The notes under the pieces were generated by a model. That model worked only from the letters and a program-made list of their open reading frames with translations. It was not told where the DNA came from and did no database searches. The position numbers were made by a program, and so were the translations under genes. From Octopus vulgaris (lineage: Eukaryota): a DNA stretch of 64,000 nt. Shown piece by piece: positions 10,932 through 23,944 of the stretch; position 1 is the first letter of the stretch; every line of letters starts with the position of its first letter. The stretch lies in contig OX597825.1 in the NCBI GenBank assembly GCA_951406725.2, forward strand, positions 41,788,001 to 41,852,000. Reading direction: 5' to 3'.

Positions 10932-11682
10932 TAAGCATCAGAAGTGGTGTGCAAGAGAGACAACTGCACTGGTATGGTCATGTGTTGCATATGGATGAGG
11001 ACCAGCTGTGTGAAAAAGTGTCACACCCTAGCAGTATAGTGAACCTGTGGAAGAGGTAGACCTAGAAATATCTGAGATGAGGTGGTGAAGCAAGATCTTC
11101 GAACATCGGACCTCACTGAGGTGATGCCAAGTGACCGAGACCTTTGGAGATGTACTGTGCTTGAGAAGACCTAGCAAATCAAGTGTGACCATAACCATGG
11201 CCTATGCCAGGGCAGCATAACCGGCCCATTTAAGAGTACCCTTCAATCATTAAGCAATAAACTGCATTTACAAAGACCTGTTGAGGCAAGTGAAGTAGTC
11301 ATCATAATCAATGACAGTACCTATTTCTTTATTATAATACCTACTGATTGGCACCCATACTGGTGGCATGTAAATAGCACCATTTGAGCATCATTCGAGC
11401 GTGGTCAATACCAATGCCACCTGACTGGCTCTCGTGTTGGTAGCACATAAAAAGCACCATTCATGCATGGTCAATGCCAGTACCAACTGACTGGCTCTTG
11501 TGCTGGTGACATGTAAAAAGTACCCACTACACTCTCAGAGTGGTTGGTGTTAGGAAGAGTATCCAGCTGTAGAAACTTTGCCAGATTGGATTGGAGCCTG
11601 GTTCAGCCTTCCACTTTGCCAGGCCTCAGTCACACCGTTCAACCCATGCCAGCATGGAAAGTGGACGTTAAACGACGATGAT
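10932..11682 (+). mobile_element. Second, older 3' fragment of the same RTE LINE family
   Basis: SIRSGVQERQLHWYGHVLHM matches ~4195-4260; about three degenerate UTR units and the same terminal sequence. Confidence 0.85.
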
Positions 11683-11707
11683 TATATATATATATATATA
11701 TATATAT

Positions 11708-12198
11708 AATCAAAATAAGCAACAGGATATCAAGAGGTGATGCTGTACGACCGTTTCAACTGGCTCCATTTAATTGAACAATGCAATCATTACATCAATT
11801 TAAATGCAGGGCGATCCTCAGCTGCATAAACGAATAGAATTTCTTAATCAGTTGGGCACATTAATATAATTTTACTCAAATTCTCTAATAGAGCAGGAAG
11901 AGGGAGAAAGTCCATATTGCTACTAATATGACTCAGAATATACTACACTTCTAAGAGCTGCATGAAGTTTGTTAGGGTCATAGCTTGTAATATACAAAGA
12001 CAACAGAGTAACAATACACCTGCACACACACACACACACACACACATAGATATATATATATATATAAATTATATTTATTTATGCAGCTGAGGATAGCCCT
12101 GCATTTAAATTGATGTAATAATGATTGCATTTTCAATTAAATGGAGTCACTTGAAATGGTCATACTGCATCACATCATGATATCCTGTTGCTTATTTT
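11708..12198. repeat. ~120-bp inverted repeat pair (11708-11830 / 12077-12198) with a degenerate hammerhead-like motif
   Basis: Arms are reverse complements; each has CTGAGGA...GAAA(C/T)GGTC with a long stem II region, but stem I is out of register. Confidence 0.7.
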
Positions 12199-12243
12199 TT
12201 AATTCACCTTACTTTGAGTTGTTCTTATAATACCAAACTAACT

Positions 12244-12281
12244 CTGTTACTCAGAGTTTCACATTCCCGTTCATCAGACAG
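12244..12281 (-). ncRNA. Minimal type I hammerhead ribozyme motif (canonical core)
   Basis: ctgt-CUGAUGA-ac(gggaat)gt-GAAA-ctctga-GUA-acag; stem I ctgt/acag, near-palindromic stem III. Confidence 0.75.
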
Positions 12282-12407
12282 TTTTGTTAAAATAAAGCAT
12301 ATTACTCTACTTCTGGTATTTGAGTACTCTTTTTTCCACCTTGTTTCACATTTATGTGCTTACTCTGGTATATATATATATATATGGTCCAGCAATATTA
12401 GTACCAC

Positions 12408-12605
12408 ATTTTGTAAATATACATTTCAATATATATTGCAATGGCTGTTTTTGATTATCCAGTCATTTTTAGTTATTCATATTTAATTATAAACATTCTG
12501 AATGAAATTTTGTAAATATACATTTCAATATATATTGCAATGGCTGTTTTTGATTATCCAGTCATTTTTAGTTATTCATATTTAATTATAAACATTCTGA
12601 ATGAA
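12408..12605. repeat. Perfect 99-bp tandem duplication
   Basis: 12408-12506 appears identical to 12507-12605. Confidence 0.9.
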
Positions 12606-13552
12606 AATATTTTTTCATATTCATTGAATATTCTTCTGAAAATTATTTGCTCAATAGTTTTTATTGGATGTAAATAGATAGGATTATATTGCACCATGTA
12701 GTGAATGCAAAGAGCTACATCACTCGCCTGATAAAGATATAATTCATAAATAAAGCTGATCATCGACATTGAGATGGAGCATTTTGTGCTACTAATAGAA
12801 TTTCTTATTACATGAAGATAGTTTGTAAAAATTCTAAAGCTAATATTTTCAAAATTAAAACTTCTTTGAGAAAAAATTCTAATATGCTTTGTTCAGTTTT
12901 TTAGAACTATTTATGTTATCTGTGCTGCCATACTGTAGGAAAATAGTACTAAATAACTTGCAACCAAAAATTTTAATGTAATAAAAGAAAAAGCATTGCA
13001 TTCTGATATTTTGTTTCTCAACCAATACAAATAATATGCTTTATCCAATCCTCTCTCTGCAAAGTTATACCATATTGTAAATTATTTACATAAATGTATA
13101 TATATATGTATATACCATTCAACCATTTCGTCAATTGCAGCAGATTCCAAGGTTCACCACTAATTCAGTTCTCAACTAACTTACAAACTATTAATAGTTT
13201 TAAAGAGGAGACCTCCTCAGCTACACTTTGGTATAAATAGTTTGAGATTTGGTTCAGTAGAAAAATGTTACATCAGAATATGTGAGTTCTCAAAGTGGGC
13301 AGTAAAGCAAGTATTCATCTTGAATTAACATAAATTTTTTCATTTTAAAATAAAAGTATACTTTTCTAAGGCGTAAATGATAGAAAACTGCATGAGGAAT
13401 TCAGAATCGTTAGTCACATTGATGTAATGTCCAAAAATTAGTAGAAAAAGAGTTATGAGGTAAAATGTAATGAAATGTGAAATAATTGAGGAAGTATGGG
13501 AGTAACGCACCAAGCAATAAGAATATATTTTCAAAATGAATGCTTATATTCT

Positions 13553-13640
13553 GAGGCAGTGAGATGGCAGAAACGTTAACAAATGTTTTGAGTTCATATA
13601 CTGCTGAGGTCAGCTTTGCTTTTCATCCATTTTGGATCTA
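13553..13640 (+). mobile_element. Partial Nin-domain-type SINE
   Basis: ggcagtgagatggcagaaacgtta...gaggtcagctttgcttttcatcc; same family as 40209-40430. Confidence 0.55.
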
Positions 13641-14027
13641 TTCAATTTGATGTACAGATTATTTAATTAGCTTTTTTTTTAACTAAACACTTTGAATTCC
13701 TGTGACCTCCTAATATTGCAAAATTATGTTACTTAAGGTGAGCATGGTAACTCATGGTTTTGGGGTCTTGTTGTTTGTAACTTTTGGTGAGCCATGGTGC
13801 AACCAACAACATGGTAAAAATCCCTGCCATTAATTTGGTGTGTATGGGTAATATCAAATAATTCAATCACAGCATATATTTAAATTAAACATGAAAAAAA
13901 TTGAAATGTTATCCTCACTTACATGGAGAAATTAAAATATTATCTTTCAGTATTTTATAAGGTAAAATCTTAAATTATTGACGCATTATTCATTGTCTTA
14001 TAACAGCAATGCCTGGAAAAATCATGG

Positions 14028-14514
14028 ATTACATGGAAAAAGGCAAGCAGGAAAAGTAATATTCTTAAGATTATAAACCTGAAAAAGTACAGGACAAGTT
14101 ATTACACCTGTAAAAGTATAAGACAAGCTATTACTTCTAGTAAAGCAACGAATAAGAAACTTTTTACTTTAAATACTGCAGCTAAAATTAAGATTTGAAT
14201 ATTAGAACTTATTATAGTATACAAATAACACTATACTTATTTAAGTAGAATTTGGCTGATTTACTACCTTAAATACAGAAAAAAGTGACTAATTAGACAA
14301 ACTTACAAATTAGCTGAATAGTTTTGTACTATAAATTTAAAAGATGAGAACTGTAAAGTGTGATAAATTAGAAGAACTGGCATTCTTTGCTGCAATATTT
14401 TAAGTAAAAAGTTTCTTATTCTTTACTTTACAACAAGTAATATCTTGTCCTATACTTTTTCAGGTTTATAATCTTAAGAATATGACTTTTCATGCTCGCA
14501 TTTTTCCATGTAAT
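14028..14514. mobile_element. MITE-like foldback element with ~130-160 bp TIRs
   Basis: attacatggaaaaaggcaagcaggaaaag... and ...cttttcatgctcgcatttttccatgtaat are reverse complements. Confidence 0.72.
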
Positions 14515-14557
14515 ATATAGTCTAATATACAAAGACAACAGGGTAACAATACACCTG

Positions 14558-14612
<55 letters not shown>

Positions 14613-14794
14613 ATAAATATTAGGGAATAAATCCAAATTTACAGGAAAAATCAGATTTAGGACTGAATCCAATTTTATAGTAAAATATTATATAATATTA
14701 ATTAGAGACAAAACCACTATTATGCAAATCAAACAAAGAAAGACTTAATCCAATACATAAAAGATTTTATATAAATTAAATAAAATTAAATTCG

Positions 14795-14840
14795 CCACTA
14801 CAATTGTTTCGTGTCTCTTCTAAGGACATTCATCAGGTGG
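14795..14840 (-). ncRNA. Minimal type I hammerhead ribozyme motif (left arm)
   Basis: ccac-CUGAUGA-atgtc(cttagaaga)gacac-GAAA-caatt-GUA-gtgg. Confidence 0.8.
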
Positions 14841-15941
14841 TATTCAGATCTAAAAATAATCAATATTTTAAGATATAAATTTAAAATGACTAAAAAGTAT
14901 AAATAATATAAATTTATCAATGAAAAAATATATATATATATATAATAAAATAAATAAATAAATAAAATAAAATAAATCTAATATAAATAAAATTGTAACT
15001 TATGTTTAATAATAGAATAATTTTATATAAGTTATTCTTATTCATAAATTGGTTTAGAGTGGTGTTGGTGTTTTTAATAGTATATTGCTGAGTAGGGAAT
15101 GTTCCTGTATGTGTGTGGCTGAGTGTATGTATCTGCTGAATTTGTTACTCCTCTGTGTTGGAGTGTTGCGGTGGGAGTACGGTTGTGTGCGAGTGATTGT
15201 GTGTGTGAGTGTGTGGGTGTGTATTGTTTATGTGTTGAAATGATGTTTTCCTTTGGGTGTTTATGTATGTGTGAATGTGTGCGTGTGTTTGTTTGCGTAT
15301 TTGTGTATGTTTGTTGCATGCATGTGGTATTTAGAATATGTGTGTGTGTGTGTGTTTGTTTTAAGTATTTATGTATGGTTGTTATATATATGTGGTATAT
15401 GGTATTTGGTAGTTTCTTGCTAAGAATGAAATGTTTCTGTGGGTTGTTGTTGAGTATCTGCGGCTGCTGGATGTGGTGTTTCCTCTGTGTTGTTGTCTGT
15501 GTTTATGAATGAGGGTTGTATGTGTATGTGTGGAAGTATGAATAAGTAATGTGTAGAAGTATACGGCTACTTTATTAATTTATCGTTGCCTAGATGTTTA
15601 TGTGTATGTATAGAGATATATATATGGGTGTGTGAGTTAGTGTATGTACTTAGATATGTTTATATATATACTTAGATATATGGGTATGAGCATGTGTCCA
15701 TATATATTTTATTTTTTGCTTTTTGTTTTTTGAAATTAGATTCTTCATCTTTAAATATGAGAACTTAAATACTAGGTTTCATTATATTCAATTGTTTATA
15801 GAGGTTATTTTAGTTCTTGATTATATATAGATTATATATAGATTATATATATATTTTTTCATTGATAAATTTATATTATTTATATTTTTTAGTCATTTTA
15901 AATTTATATCTTAAAATATTGATTATTTTTAGATCTGAATA

Positions 15942-15987
15942 CCACCTGATGAATATCCTTAGAAGAGACACGAAACAATTGTAGTGG
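15942..15987 (+). ncRNA. Minimal type I hammerhead ribozyme motif (right arm)
   Basis: Same motif with one stem II mismatch (atatc); palindromic stem III acaattgt. Confidence 0.75.
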
Positions 15988-16080
15988 CGAATTTAATTTT
16001 ATTTAATTTATATAAAATCTTTTATGTATTGGATTAAGTCTTTCTTTGTTTGATTTGCATAATAGTGGTTTTGTCTCTAA

Positions 16081-16115
<35 letters not shown>

Positions 16116-16163
16116 GATATGTATCTATCTATATATATATAAACATATATATATAAACATATA

Positions 16164-16427
16164 TGTGTCGGTGGCACATAAAAACACCATCCGAGCGTGG
16201 CCGTTCGCCAGCCTTGTCTGGCACCTGTGTCGGTGGCACATAAAATCACCCACTACACTCTCGGAGTGGTTGGCGTTAGGAAGGGCATCCAGCTGTAGAA
16301 ACACTGCCAGATCTGACTGGCCTGGTGCAGCCTTCGGGCTCCCCAGACCCCAGTTGAACCGTCCAACCCATGCTAGCATGGAAAGCGGTCGTTAAACGAT
16401 GATGATGATGATGATGATGATGATGAT
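16164..16427 (+). mobile_element. RTE 3'-UTR/tail-only copy with (GAT)n tail
   Basis: Matches 5090-5354. Confidence 0.85.
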
Positions 16428-16526
16428 ATATATATATATATATATAATATAAATAATATGTATATATGCATATATACATATGTATATGTACATACTTACA
16501 TCTATACGTATATATAGATGCATATG

Positions 16527-16903
16527 TGGGCACAGTATCTTGCTTACAAACCACATGGTTCTGGGTTCATTCCCACTGCGTGGCACCTTGGGTAAGTATC
16601 TTCTAGTATAGCCTCGGGCAGACCAAAGCCTTGAGACTGGATTTGGTTGACAGAAACTGAAAGAAGCCTGTTGTATATATGTATATATATGTAGGTGTGT
16701 GTATATGTTTGTGCCCCCAACATCGCTTGACAACCGATGGTGGTGTGTTTACATTCCCGTAACTTAGCAGTTTGCAAAAGAGACCGATAGAATGAGTACT
16801 AGGCTTCCAAAGAATAAGTCCTGGGATCGATTTGCTTGACTAAAGGCAGTGCTCAAGGATGGCCACAGTCAAATGACTGAAACAAGTAAAAGAGAAAAGA
16901 GAA
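16527..16903 (+). mobile_element. tRNA-derived SINE, family A
   Basis: B-box-like gggttcattccc followed by accttgggtaagtatcttct, an internal TA tract and a 3' end aaatgactgaaacaagtaaaaga; several copies in the window. Confidence 0.85.
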
Positions 16904-16905
16904 AG

Positions 16906-17085
16906 TGGGTGCTGGGAAGTTCCTGGCTTAGGGTATCACAAAAGGCCTGGTTGGAGGCTCTTTTACAGGGCTCAGAAAAAGTAAAGGAGTGCTACAATAG
17001 GTGTGTGAATCTGTGAGGGAAATATGGTGAATAAAATCATAATTAACTGATCCTCCTGTATATTTTTTACTCAAAGCCAGGATAT
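16906..17085. mobile_element. Short mariner-type MITE remnant
   Basis: gggtgctgggaagttcctggctt ... aagccagga partial TIRs. Confidence 0.45.
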
Positions 17086-17169
17086 ATATGCATATCTGTT
17101 TGTTTCCCCCACCACCATCCATTTTAATCCATATTGAACAGTTTTAATAGATCAGTTAATGATATATCC

Positions 17170-18258
17170 TCCTTTCTGGCTAATGACTGTTTACCAATGT
17201 CCCACTAGCTAAAGAAATAACAGTAGAAATTGCCAAGTCTTGACTCAAAGAAATCATAATGCTTTGTTTTCAGCCCCATGTCATTACTGAGTTAAATGTC
17301 TTGCTGGCTATAGGAAAACGATTAAAAAAGTGTATAATCTGAAGGTGCTACATCAGTATTCAAAGTATAGTAAAACTTCCCATCCACACTCTCAAATAGC
17401 ATTTTTGGTCATATTGGCAATATGAGAGCAAGTGTTGTTATGAGTTGGTGCATTTACTGAACATAAATCTCTGGATTAACAGTATTGTTGTTTTCAAGCA
17501 TTTCAAAGTATATTAGCTCTTTTCAATCCCACCAAATGCAGATCCTTGTGCTGCATGGATGCATGTCTGGCTTAACTCAGGATTCAGCCATTCCTTCCTC
17601 AGCTTCATATTCACATAAAGATATCATTTTTCATCTCCAGGGACAACGCAATAAAGAAATCTGTTTGTGTCCATGAGTAGTCAGGTATTGAGCAAGGAAA
17701 TGGGCCCTGAAAGAAGAGCACTAAAGTTTGTCTCTTTTGTTCAGAGGACCTAGTAACCATGCACCAAGTTTTGGACCTTACTCATTGAGTGAAGGTGATG
17801 GGCTATGATATTCTGAGAGCCTCTCAACACTACTTAGTGGGATTGGTGTGGATTCTCATAGATGAGTTTGTTTGATCAATCTTTGTTGAATTGAACAGGT
17901 CAACCAAAACACAGAAAGTCAGTGAGGTCAAATTGTCCCTCCTATTTCTAAGCAGTTCTTTTAGTAATGGCAGTATTCCTATACACAGCACAAATGTCTC
18001 AAGTATCTTTGGCAGCTTTGGAGTCTTGGTCAAAATTGAAGAGAAGCAAAATGTCAAAAATGCTCATTTTTATCTTCTGACACTCCATCTCTTTGAAAAA
18101 TGGTAAAAATTTGTTCAAATTTCAAAATTGATGAACAAACGCTGCATCGGAAGAAGAGTTACAAACGAAAAATACTTAAAACACTATGACAGAAACATTT
18201 TCAAGTTAATTCAAATAACAATTGAAAGCAATAAACAAATTTATCTGACAACTCAGTA
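17170..18258 (-). mobile_element. Degenerate mariner transposon
   Basis: Decayed motifs HNNTCSHIANMTKNAI (HDNARPH-like) and DVAPSDY; terminal aatttatctgacaac shared with 43451-44320. Confidence 0.68.
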
Positions 18259-18264
18259 TCTTTT

Positions 18265-18645
18265 AGTTTTTTATCTTTTATTTGTCTCCATGTGACCATG
18301 CTGGGACTCCACCTTGAAGAATTTTTAGTCAAATGAATTAACCCCAGTACTTAAATTTTTTTCAGCCTGGTATTTATTCTATTGGTGTCTTTTTACCAAA
18401 TCACTCAGTAACTTGGACATAAATACATTGACACTGGTTGTCAAGCAGTGGTAGGGGAACAAACACACACACACATTTATATATACAATGAGCTTCTTTC
18501 AGCTTTTGTCTACCAAATCCATTCACAAGGCTTTGATCAGCCTAATCCTATAGTAGAAGACACTTTCCCAGGGTGTGACAATGGAAGTGAACCCAGAACC
18601 ATGTAGTTAGGAAGCAAGCTTCTTACTACATGACCACACCTGCGC
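18265..18645 (-). mobile_element. SINE family A
   Basis: Reverse complement of the 16527-16903 family. Confidence 0.8.
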
Positions 18646-18819
18646 CTATCCCATGGTTCAAATTTGCTTCCCATGTGATTAGTTGTTTGAAAAATTAGAA
18701 CAATTATGAAACAATGGATTTTCTGAGAACAGCTGATGAAAATATTCCACATATTGCCACCTATGTTGTACCATAGGGGAAGGACTTTGCATTGTTAATG
18801 TTAATTACCTACATCAAAA

Positions 18820-20246
18820 GGTTTATATAAAGATCTTCACTCATTAACAAAAACAAATAAAAACCAGCATGCTGGGTGTTGACAACTGTGAAGAAAACAA
18901 ATATGACAAAAAAAAAATTGCGGAAACTAATCTGGGGGTTGGGGAGAGGACTTTCAGAAAATTCACAAGATCCGATTTTTCTGCCATAACTTTCAGGAAA
19001 ATGGATACTCTTTGCTCTTTCACTCTTTTGCTTGTTTCAGCCATTTGACTGTGGCTATGCTGGAGCACTGCTTTTAGTCAAGCAAATCGACCCCAGGATT
19101 TATTATTTGTAAGCCTAGTACTTATAGTATCGGTCACTTTTGCTAAACCGCTAAGTTATGGGGATGTAAACACTCCAGCATCAGTTGTCAAGCGATGTTG
19201 GGGGTCAAACACAGACACACAAACACACACACACACACATACAATTATATATGTATATAAATATATATATATATACATATACACGACGGGCTTCTTTCAG
19301 TTTCCGTCTACCAAATCCACTCATAAGGCTTTGGTCGCCTCAAGGCTATAGTAGAAGACACTTGCCCAAAGTGCCACACAGTAGGACTGAACCTATGAAA
19401 CATGTGGTTCGTAAGCAAGCTACTTACCACACAGCATTGAGTTTTTTGTACGGAATCTCACATTTTTGGTCATGGAGGATCCAATCCTGAAAAAAATTTT
19501 CAAAAATCGCATTTTCAAAACTTCAACTCCTCTCCCCTTCGTTTTTCACTTTTTCAGGAAAGTTTTTTTTTTTTTTTTTTGCAAAATACGTAGAAAAATA
19601 CAAAGATTAGGATTCTGAATAAAATTTGTCTGTAAAATTTCAATTTTTCAACAAAAAAGAATATATATATACCCCCAACCTCCTCCCCTCCGAATTCTAA
19701 GGCCTTAGTCTTCAAGCAGGCTATCCACATGCTAGAAATAATTGCCAAATCTCAGAAAACTGCAATACGATAATGAACACCTATTAGACAGTTTTTGGGG
19801 TTTTTTCCCGTTTTACTGACAGGACGCTGCTGTGATCCTTTTACTGTTTCACTATAATGCATGCAGAAACAGACAAAACAACAGAGTAGATTGATTACAT
19901 ATTTCTGTCATTATGTTATTGCAGTTTTGTGAGATTTGGCTGTTATTTCTAGCATTGGATAGCCTGCTTGAAGGCCAAGGATTGAAATTTTGAAAATTTA
20001 TTTTCCGAATTGGATTCCACGTTTTCCAAAAACGTGGAATTCTGTAAAAAAAAATATCAATATCTATCCATTTTCCTGAAAGTTAAAATAGAAGAATTGG
20101 ATCTTGTGAATTTTCCAAAAGTCCCCCTCCCCACCCCCAGGTTCGTTTGTGCAAATTTTTTTTTGTCATATTTGTTTTCTACACAGTTGTTAACACCCAG
20201 CAGGCTGTTTTGTTTTTGTTAACAGGTGAAGATCTTTATATTAACC
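18820..20246. mobile_element. Foldback/MITE element with long interrupted inverted arms, interrupted by a SINE
   Basis: 18820-19008 vs ~20065-20246 and ~19695-19770 vs ~19915-19990 are reverse complements. Confidence 0.8.
19008..19436 (-). mobile_element. SINE family A nested in the foldback element
   Basis: Reverse complement of the 16527-16903 family. Confidence 0.85.
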
Positions 20247-21232
20247 CACCAAACTTCTATGACCATCATCATTATAAAGACTGAAATCATAAAGTACCAA
20301 ACAAATCCAATCAACTAAACAGGGTTACCGTTAAAAGCTCTTGCTCTCTCAGCTATTCATAACATTGGTTTCCTTCCTTTATCGTCATATAGGCTGGTTC
20401 CTCTTGTAACTCACAGTTGCTATGGGTTGAGTTTAAACCATTCCTCACTTTAGGCAATCTGACTTTATAAGCATGTAGTTAAAATTTTTATAGCGTAATA
20501 TTATGATGAAAATGTTTTACTAACAGACAATATTTTATAAATAAAATCCTGCTTCAGAAATATGTGAATTAATCTGCTTATACTTTCTACACAAAAAGGT
20601 TGATTGTATCAATGAGCTTTGCTCTTATTTGGAGGAGCAGTCAATATGAAACATTTCTGCAAGTTTAAAATATTACTACATTTTATTTTTAAATTTTAAC
20701 CAAATACCAAGTAATTAAATAGTCATCACTGAAAAAGAAATAAACTGATATCATGGCAGATATTAATTATCCAACTATTTGTAAAATAATGTTTTATAAG
20801 TGAGCTGACACAATGACAGTTCTCATAAACTATTATTCATTGCATTAGAAAAATATTAGAATGTGATTATAGATTACCACATGGCCTCAAAAATAATCAT
20901 CAATACATCACTAAAAGCATTGTTCAGTAGATTGTTCACTTATAGTGAACAATGACTATTATCCAGTAGAAGTTTCATATTACAAAATACTCTTGGGAAA
21001 AGTATGAATGCTATAAAATCTTACTTGTTTAACTAATACCATAACTTTATAATCTTATACTAATGTACATAACCAATATATTATCAATAATTCTGCTAAA
21101 ATTCTTAAGTATGTTAATAACCATTCTGCTATCAGTTTACTATTGTAGAAGTCATCCATCCCTATTTTCACAAAGACATTTTTTGTTAATCCTGCTACTT
21201 ATAGTTTACTGACTAAAATCCTCATACAAGAC

Positions 21233-23907
21233 CAATGGTTCTCAAACTTTTCACAACATTTTATGTGCCATCCCCTCACAGTTTTTTTGATGATTTGCAA
21301 CTCCCCTATAAAGTGCAGAAGAATCGACATGGAAACAAATGACATACATTCATGTGGCATAATTTCTAGTCTATGAAGCACACTGCCCATTGACCCACAA
21401 CCCTGAAAATCACAACTTAATCCAAGCAATGCCCCATTAGGATACCATAAATACACATGCACATATGGGGAATCAGTTGATCAATTAGTAACAAAACAAA
21501 TGAGAAACAAAAACAGTCCAAAAATATCTTGAGCATCCTATATTGACAACTGCAGAGAAAGAAACCATGGGTCATGCACCAAAAACTACAGTATATATAC
21601 GTACATGACAGTGGTTCTTGGACTTTTGTCATCACCTTCTCCTTTCACCATGTTTGGGACGCTATCCCTCCCCATTTTCAGGTCACTCCTCGTACTGATT
21701 ATCCAAGAGGTGCATATAAACCAAATTTCAGCAGAAGAATTATAATAGCATCCAAAAATGTACTGAAGTTTCTGCCAGTTGGACTGCAAGTATGCACGGA
21801 AAATTACACAATTTGAATAGAAGCACCATCTTCTCCTCCTCCTCCTCTGAAGGTTTGCATTCCTTTTCCTGAATCCCTAATACATAACATGACAAAAGAA
21901 ATTATATAAGAAATTATTTATTCACAAAATGGACCATCTATCATTTTATATACAGCAAAGTAACCAGCTCTGTTTAAGAGAGAGCAGCCTTCATTTCTTG
22001 TGTTACATCCAGTTGGTTTTATGACATCCAATTGATTTCATGATTTCCTTTTGAATGCAAGGAAAGTGGAAAATGCAGTTTCATACTCATAGATGGTTGG
22101 AAATAGCATCAGTACTTTAAGAGACATCTTTACACATCAAGATATGACCATGCCATTTCAAAAGTCAGAACAGCAGTTTTCACAGGGAAAAATCATTTTG
22201 TATGTCAGCCATAGACCAAATCAATGAACTGCTCTTGAATTAAATTGTCTTCTGCTGGCAGATCGCTAACAGAGAGTACATAGGGGCTCCTGATAAAGTG
22301 GAAGTATTTGTCAAAGTCATGAAGATCAGGAAAATAAAGAGAATTTGGCTCTGCCAAGAATTGATACATGTTGTTGCATGAGTTCATGAATATCGTCATT
22401 GACTTGAAGCTTGTTTAGGAAAGGATGCAAAGTTCTTTCTATCCGACAATGAATGAAAAAATTCAAACTTCGTTTTGAAAGCAGTTAGTTTTTCATGAGA
22501 ATGAAACATGGTTGTATCTTTCTCTTGCAATAAAAGATTCACTGACTCGAATATGACCACCAAAAATGCAAAGCAGATAAAATGAACATCAGAGAATTTG
22601 GCATGCAAATCTGACTTGGCATCTTGTAAAATATCGTGGACTTCTTTTTGTAGAAGGAAGACCCTCTTGATTGTTTTTTCCTCTCAAAAGCTATCTCACT
22701 TGTGAATGCAAAAGAAGCATTTCAAATTTAGAGCCACTTTTTTTACACAGCTTAGCAAACAGATGGGAGTTGAGTGCACTCACTTTGATGAAGTTCACCG
22801 CAGTAATTACGTAATTCAGAACATTTTTTAACTCATCAGGCACAGTTTTTACTAATAGTGTTTGTTGATAAATTGTGCAGTGTGTACCAATAGCATCTGA
22901 GGATTTTTCTTTCACCAAAGTCTGGAAACTGGAATGTCAACCAAGCATCACCAAGGTGCCATTGGTGTACACATCAATTACATGCTTCCAGTTGATATCA
23001 TGTGCCTCAAAAAATTTGTCCACTTTATTATATATTTCCCTCGTGGTAGTTTTGCTACTGAGGGTTTCACAAAACAGGAATTCGTCCTCCAGATGATTGT
23101 TATGTACATAACATACATAGATGCAAAGTTGGGCTAAGTTGGCAAAGCTGTCATTTCATCAAGCTGGATTGGGAAAAAGTTCAAAAGCAAATTGTGAATC
23201 TTAGAGATCAACTGCAACAGAATGTCATCAGACAGCTCAGTTATTTGCCTGCTAACAGTATTATTTAAGAGAGAGAGAGATATACTTTAGCTTCTGAAGT
23301 TCAGAATTTCCTAGCATATTCGATATGATATCCTTGCAGCAAGGCAATATCAACTCTTCGCTGATATTGAGGGCTTTTTGGCAACAGCTAATTTCTTTGA
23401 AACCTCATAGGATGTTTTCAAACCAGCCATGATGTCCAGCAAAAACATTTCTGTGTCAGTAAGTTCAGATTTCATCAATCTGTCAGCTTCACATCTGAAG
23501 AAGTCGACATTTCTATTTATTGAACAAGGATACTTCATTTCAAAGTGCCTCTTTAATTGCTGGGCTTTAATGAGATAGATGCCAAAGCCTCAGAGCACAA
23601 AACACACTGTGGTTTCCTTCTCCATACCAACAGCACATGCATCACCTACCAATATATCCGCATGTTTTCTATTGGTCAATCACACTTATTGTATGACAAG
23701 TGTGATGAGCCAATGAGTCTGTAGGAGTGGCATGAGTTTTTGAGGCTAATGATAAAAAAGTATGATAACATGTGAAAAACATGAAAGTCTTGAAATTTTA
23801 AAACTTAACTTACTTGTTTTCATGATACTTCACCGTCCCTTTGCAGTCCTGCTAAAATTGCTTCATGGTCCCTTAGGGGACTATGGACCCCAGTTTGAGA
23901 ACCACTG
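21233..23907 (-). mobile_element. hAT (Buster/Charlie-like) DNA transposon with decayed transposase
   Basis: TIRs caatggttctcaaact / agtttgagaaccactg; exact 8-bp TSD TACAAGAC at 21225-21232 and 23908-23915; remnants THCTIYQQTL, LLLHSQVR, LFPTIYEYETAFS (~22000-23650). Confidence 0.92.
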
Positions 23908-23944
23908 TACAAGACAATGAGAGTTTGAGAAACCATTAAGTTAA

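Larger units (their letters stand above)
14607..16090. mobile_element. Non-coding element bounded by ~250-bp inverted repeats, each carrying a hammerhead motif (non-autonomous PLE derivative)
   Basis: Arms ~14693-14940 and ~15845-16090 are near-identical; the interior is GT-rich low complexity; inserted in (TA)n. Confidence 0.82.
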
